Positions 59,345-64,000 of a stretch of DNA of 64,000 nt are shown in pieces. The notes beneath the pieces were generated by a model that did no database searches, had not been told where the DNA came from, and saw only the letters and a program-made list of their open reading frames with translations. This DNA comes from Eledone cirrhosa (lineage: Eukaryota), in NCBI GenBank assembly GCA_964016885.1, contig OZ024760.1:22878001-22942000 (forward strand), in the 5' to 3' direction. Numbering within the stretch: the stretch's first letter is position 1; every line of letters begins with the position of its first letter. The translations under genes were made by a program, and so were the position numbers.

Positions 59345-59418
59345 GTATATATATATGTAAATATATATATATATGTCCGTGTGTATGTATGTATGCACAT
59401 ATGTGTGTATATACACAT

Positions 59419-59481
<63 letters not shown>

Positions 59482-59490
59482 TACAAGTGG

Positions 59491-59540
<50 letters not shown>

Positions 59541-59679
59541 ATGTTTGATTTTGAAAATATCTTTGCACATACACACACCGAATATGTGGGTAGATAATAT
59601 TTTCATCCGATGCCAATATTCCAAATCCGGCGATTATTTCTATAATACGACTGTAATTCGAAAACAACATACTCGCAAC

Positions 59680-60620
59680 TAACAACAACAACAACAACAA
59701 CAAGGACAACAACAACAGCAACAACTGCAGCAACTAGAACAGGGACAACGACAACAGCAACAACTGCAGCAACTAGAATAGGGACAACAACAACTGCAGC
59801 AACTAGAATAGGGACAACAACAACAGCAACAAGTGCAGCAACTAGAACAGGGACAACAACAACAGCATCAAGTGCAGCAACTAGAACAGGGACAACAACA
59901 ACTGCAGCAACTAGAATAGGGACAACAACAACAACAACGGGAACAACAACAAGAACAACAACAACAGCAACAACTGCAGCAACTAGAATAGGGACAACAA
60001 CAACAGCAACAACTGCAGCAACTAGAACAGGGACAACAACAACTGCAGCAACTAGAACAGGGACAACAACAACAGTAAAAACTGCAGCAACTAGAATAGG
60101 GACAACAACAACAACAACAGCAGCAGCAAAAAGTGCAGCAACTAGAACAGGGAACTCAACAGCAGCAACAACTGCAGCAACTATAACTGGGACAATAACA
60201 ACAACAACAGGAACAACAACAGCTGCAACAACTGCAGCAACTAGAACAGGGACAACAACAACACCAGCTGCAACAACTGCAGCAACTAGAACAGGGACAA
60301 CAACAACAGCTCCAATAACTGCAGCAACTAGAACAGGGACAACAACAGCAACAGCTGCAACAACGGCAGCAACTATAACTGGGAGAACAGCAGCTGCAAC
60401 AACTGCAGCAACTAGAACAGGGACAACAGCAGCTGCAACAACTGCAGCAACTAGAACAGGGACAACAACAACAGCTGCAACAACTGCAGCAACTATAACT
60501 GTGACAACAGCAGCTGCAACAACTGCAGCAACTAGAACAGGGACAACAACAACAACAGCTGCAACAACTGCAGCAACTAGAACTGTGACAATAACAACAA
60601 CAGGAACAACAACCAGAACA
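59680..60620. repeat. (CAA)n-based minisatellite with ACTGCAGCAACTAGAACAGGG core
   Basis: About 20 units of variable length, generally differing in steps of 3 nt. Confidence 0.9.
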
Positions 60621-60667
60621 GACAAAAAATACATTTAAATAGGAACAGGTGCAACAGCCACACAAGT

Positions 60668-61636
60668 GTTTGTGGTGGTGGTGGTGGAAGTAGTAGTAGT
60701 AGTAGTTGTAGTAGTAGTGGTGGTAGTAGTAGGGGTGGTAGTAATAGTGGTAGTGGTAGTAGTATTAGTGGTAGTAGTGGTGGTAGTGGTAGTAGTAGTA
60801 GTAGTAGTATTAGTAGTAGTAGTAGTTGTAGAAGTACCCTCGTTATTATTATTAAGATCGTTGTTGTAAGTGTCTCTGCTGTTGTAGCTGCTTTTGCACT
60901 TGTTGTATTTGTTGTTGTTGTTGCTGTTACTGCAGTTTCTGTCCTGCAGTTGTTGTTATTTATGTTGTTATTGTTGTTGCTGTTGTTGTTGTTACTGCAG
61001 TTGTTGCTGCTGTTGTTGTTGTTACTACAGCTGTTGTTGTTTATGTTGTTTCTGCAGCTGTTGTTGTTTTTGTCGTTACTGCATTTCTTGTTGTTGTTGT
61101 TGTTGTTGTTACTGCAGTTTCTGTCCTGCAGTTGTTGTTGTTTATGTTGTTATTGTTCGTTGTTACTGTAGTTGTTGTTGCTGTTGTTGTTGTTATTGCA
61201 GTTGTTGTTGTTTTTGTTACTGCAGTTGTTGCTGTTGTTGTTGTTACTGCAGTTGTTGTTGTTTATGTTGTTACTGCATTTGTTGTTGTTTATGTTGTTA
61301 CTGCATTTCTTGTTGTTGTTGTTACTGCAGTTGTTGTTGCTTATGTTGTTACTGCAGTTGTTGTGGCTTATGCCGTTGCTCTTTTTGTTACTGCAGTTTC
61401 TGTCCTGCAGTTGTTAGTTGTTGTTGTTTATGTTGTTATTGTTGTTGTTACTGTAGTTGTTGTTGCTGTTGTTGTTGTTACTGCAGCTGTTGTTGTTTAT
61501 GTTGTTACTGCATTTTTTGTTGTTTATGTTGTTACTGCATTTCTTGTTGTTGTTGTTACTGCAGTTGTTGTTGCTTATGTTGTTACTGCAGTTGTTGTGG
61601 CTTATGCCGTTGCTCTTTTTGTTACTGCAGCAGTAG

Positions 61637-61691
<55 letters not shown>

Positions 61692-61692
61692 C
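60668..61692. repeat. (GTA/GTG)n followed by (GTT)n with GTTACTGCAG motif
   Basis: Trinucleotide runs. Confidence 0.9.
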
Positions 61693-61889
61693 TTTAGATA
61701 TTTCTTTCGGATTCAATTTGGTAGCTTTAGTTTTTGAAGAGAAAATCCTCTTCAAGTCTAGACATAGTGAGATTATCTGGATGGAACAAGAAACATGCTA
61801 GTATTTTACTGTTTGTTCACCTAAAGGTTCTTTGATATAGCAAAAATAACAAGAATAACAATAATTATTTATAATAATAATAATAATAA

Positions 61890-62308
61890 CTTCTACTATT
61901 GGCACAAGGCCAGTACTTTGGAGGGAAAGGGAAAGTCGATTAAATCGACACCAGTACATTACTGGTGCTTTATTTCATTGACCCCGTATGGATGAAAGGC
62001 AAAGTTAACCTGGGCGGGATTTAAACTCAGACCATAAAGAGCCGTAACTCTTTCTGCAAAGCATGACGTCCGACCCTCTACCGATACTGCCAATCAACCA
62101 ATAATAATAATAATAATAATAATTGTTTCTACGTTAGGCACAAGGCCAGCAATTACCCAGTGCATTACTGGTACTTTATTTTATCGACCCCGTAAGGATG
62201 AAAGGCAAAGTTAACCTTGGCGGCATTTGAACTCAGAATGGCAAGAGCCGTAACTCTATACGTCAAAGCTTGGCGTCCGACCCTCTACCAATACTGCCAA
62301 TCCACCGA
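61890..62308 (-). mobile_element. Two SINE family 1 copies (long and short 3' variants)
   Basis: About 61890-62100 and 62122-62308. Confidence 0.85.
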
Positions 62309-62433
62309 TAATAATGATTTCATTTATTGGCCACAAGGGCCGACATATAGGGTATGATACAAAGACATGGACAGTGGGAGGTTACAATAAAATTGAGTAA
62401 AATTAAACAATAAAAAAGTAATTAACGAAAAGA

Positions 62434-62606
62434 CCGTATTTCCCGGCGTCGAAGACGCTACCTTTTCCTTAAAATAAGTGTCAAAAAATCTACCATGCGT
62501 TCTGCAGGCCGAAGATTGTTTATTATTTTTTTTCTTTCAAATTTTTGGTTGTCAAAACTAGGGTGCGTCCTCGAAGACGAAGTGGCATCGGCGCCGGGAA
62601 ATACGG
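62434..62606. mobile_element. Tc1/mariner (Tc2/pogo-like) MITE
   Basis: TIRs CCGTATTTCCCGGCGTC and GGCGCCGGGAAATACGG; TA on the right flank, GA on the left. Confidence 0.7.
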
Positions 62607-62669
62607 TATGTTAAAAATATAAATATATAAAATTATGACAGAATAAATCAATAATAAGGATGATGATCT

Positions 62670-62865
62670 CTGGTTTAGACACAAAGCCAACACGTTTCGA
62701 GGAGAGGAAACTCGATTAAATCGACCACAGTGTGTGACTGGTAATTTATTGTATCGACTCCCTAAGGATGAAAGGGAAAGTTAACCCCGGCGGAATTTGA
62801 ACTCAGAAAGTAAGGAGCCGTAATTCGATGCCACAAAGCATGGCGTCCGACGCTTTACCAATACA
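62670..62865 (-). mobile_element. SINE family 1 copy (long variant)
   Basis: Consensus motifs, more diverged. Confidence 0.75.
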
Positions 62866-62934
62866 GCAGGGTGTCTGATACATCACAGGCGAATCAACCA
62901 GTAATCTGTATACAACCCACGGTCATGTACCTGT

Positions 62935-63450
62935 CACCCACCACACACACAACACACCAAACACACCACAACACAACACCACACACCACAACACAGCACA
63001 CAACCCTAATGAAACACACTATTTTACTGTCACACACCGCACACACACCACACTCGCACCACACACACACACCACACAACACACCACACACCAAACACAC
63101 CACAAACCAACACCACACACCAAACACACCACAACACAACACCACATACCACACCACACAACCCTAATGAAACACACTCTTTTACTGTCACACACCACAC
63201 ACACACCACACACACACCACACCACACACTACACAACACACCAAACACACCACGACACAACACCATACACCACGACACACCATACAACCCTAATGAAACA
63301 CACTCTTTTACTGTCACGCGCCAGACCACACACCACACACCACACACCACACCACACACCACACCACACACCACACCACACACCACACACCACACCACAC
63401 ACCACACCACACACAACACCACACACAACACCACACACCAAACACACACC
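62935..63450. repeat. CA/CCA-rich repeat with three copies of CAACCCTAATGAAACACAC..TTTTACTGTCAC
   Basis: Anchors at about 63001, 63158 and 63285. Confidence 0.8.
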
Positions 63451-63861
63451 TAACAATTTAAAGAAATACATCACTCTCCAACCCATGTTACCTCTATATG
63501 CCCATTCAACGCTCAATCAGCTTCAAATAAAAACAAAAAGAAACTAATACACAAATCCAATTTTTTTCCCTTACAGTCTCAATTCCATTTCCAATAATAG
63601 GAATTTCGTTTTTCTTCGTATTCCTATTAATCACCAAATTACCATTCATATATCCGGGCCAAAAAAAAAACAACAACCAAAGAAATGTAACCGAAATCCT
63701 AATTTCTAATAGATCTATCTAGTTTGTGAAGGACATACTCTGCATTGGAAACTTATCTTAGACACACACACAAACACAGATACAAACGCACACTACACCC
63801 CCCCTTCTACACACACATGCACACACACATATGGAACCCACACACGCACTAAACGCGTATG

Positions 63862-63909
<48 letters not shown>

Positions 63910-64000
63910 ATACATCTATCTATTCTGTGAAGGAAATACTCGGCTCTACGGAATTTAAATTGAACACAAAACACAATCGCACATACCCACCCAGATACAT

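Noticed and set aside
59603-61737. Val/Ala-, Cys- or Thr-rich ORFs (mucin- or keratin-associated-like)
   Set aside because: Trinucleotide repeat artefacts with no splice or start context.
63001-63295. Telomeric repeat (AACCCTAA)
   Set aside because: Single units inside a local repeat, not a tandem TTAGGG array.

Overview
AT-rich eukaryotic non-coding DNA dominated by (TA)n, (CA)n, (GA)n, (TATC)n and (GTT)n microsatellites. The repeat content is most consistent with a mollusc, probably an octopus (inference). Almost all ORFs in the track are microsatellite artefacts, and no host gene can be confidently called. Recognisable elements: (1) a disrupted Penelope-like retroelement (RT, Cys linker, GIY-YIG; Neptune-like) on the minus strand at about 44.5-47.5 kb, with a hammerhead ribozyme (HHR) in its 3' UTR; (2) many short 3'-end remnants of this and at least five other families, embedded in (TA)n as an inverted pair with a family-specific tail, several carrying minimal type I HHR motifs; (3) an RTE LINE whose 5' half is inverted in the way twin priming predicts; (4) a 123-bp tandem array derived from an RTE C-terminal segment; (5) a homogeneous 55-bp satellite of about 67 copies with 11- and 14-unit higher-order periodicity; (6) about 20 copies of a tRNA-derived SINE, two copies of a second SINE, a Tc1/mariner-type MITE and older LINE fragments. 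All alignments and folds were done by eye, so boundaries are approximate.
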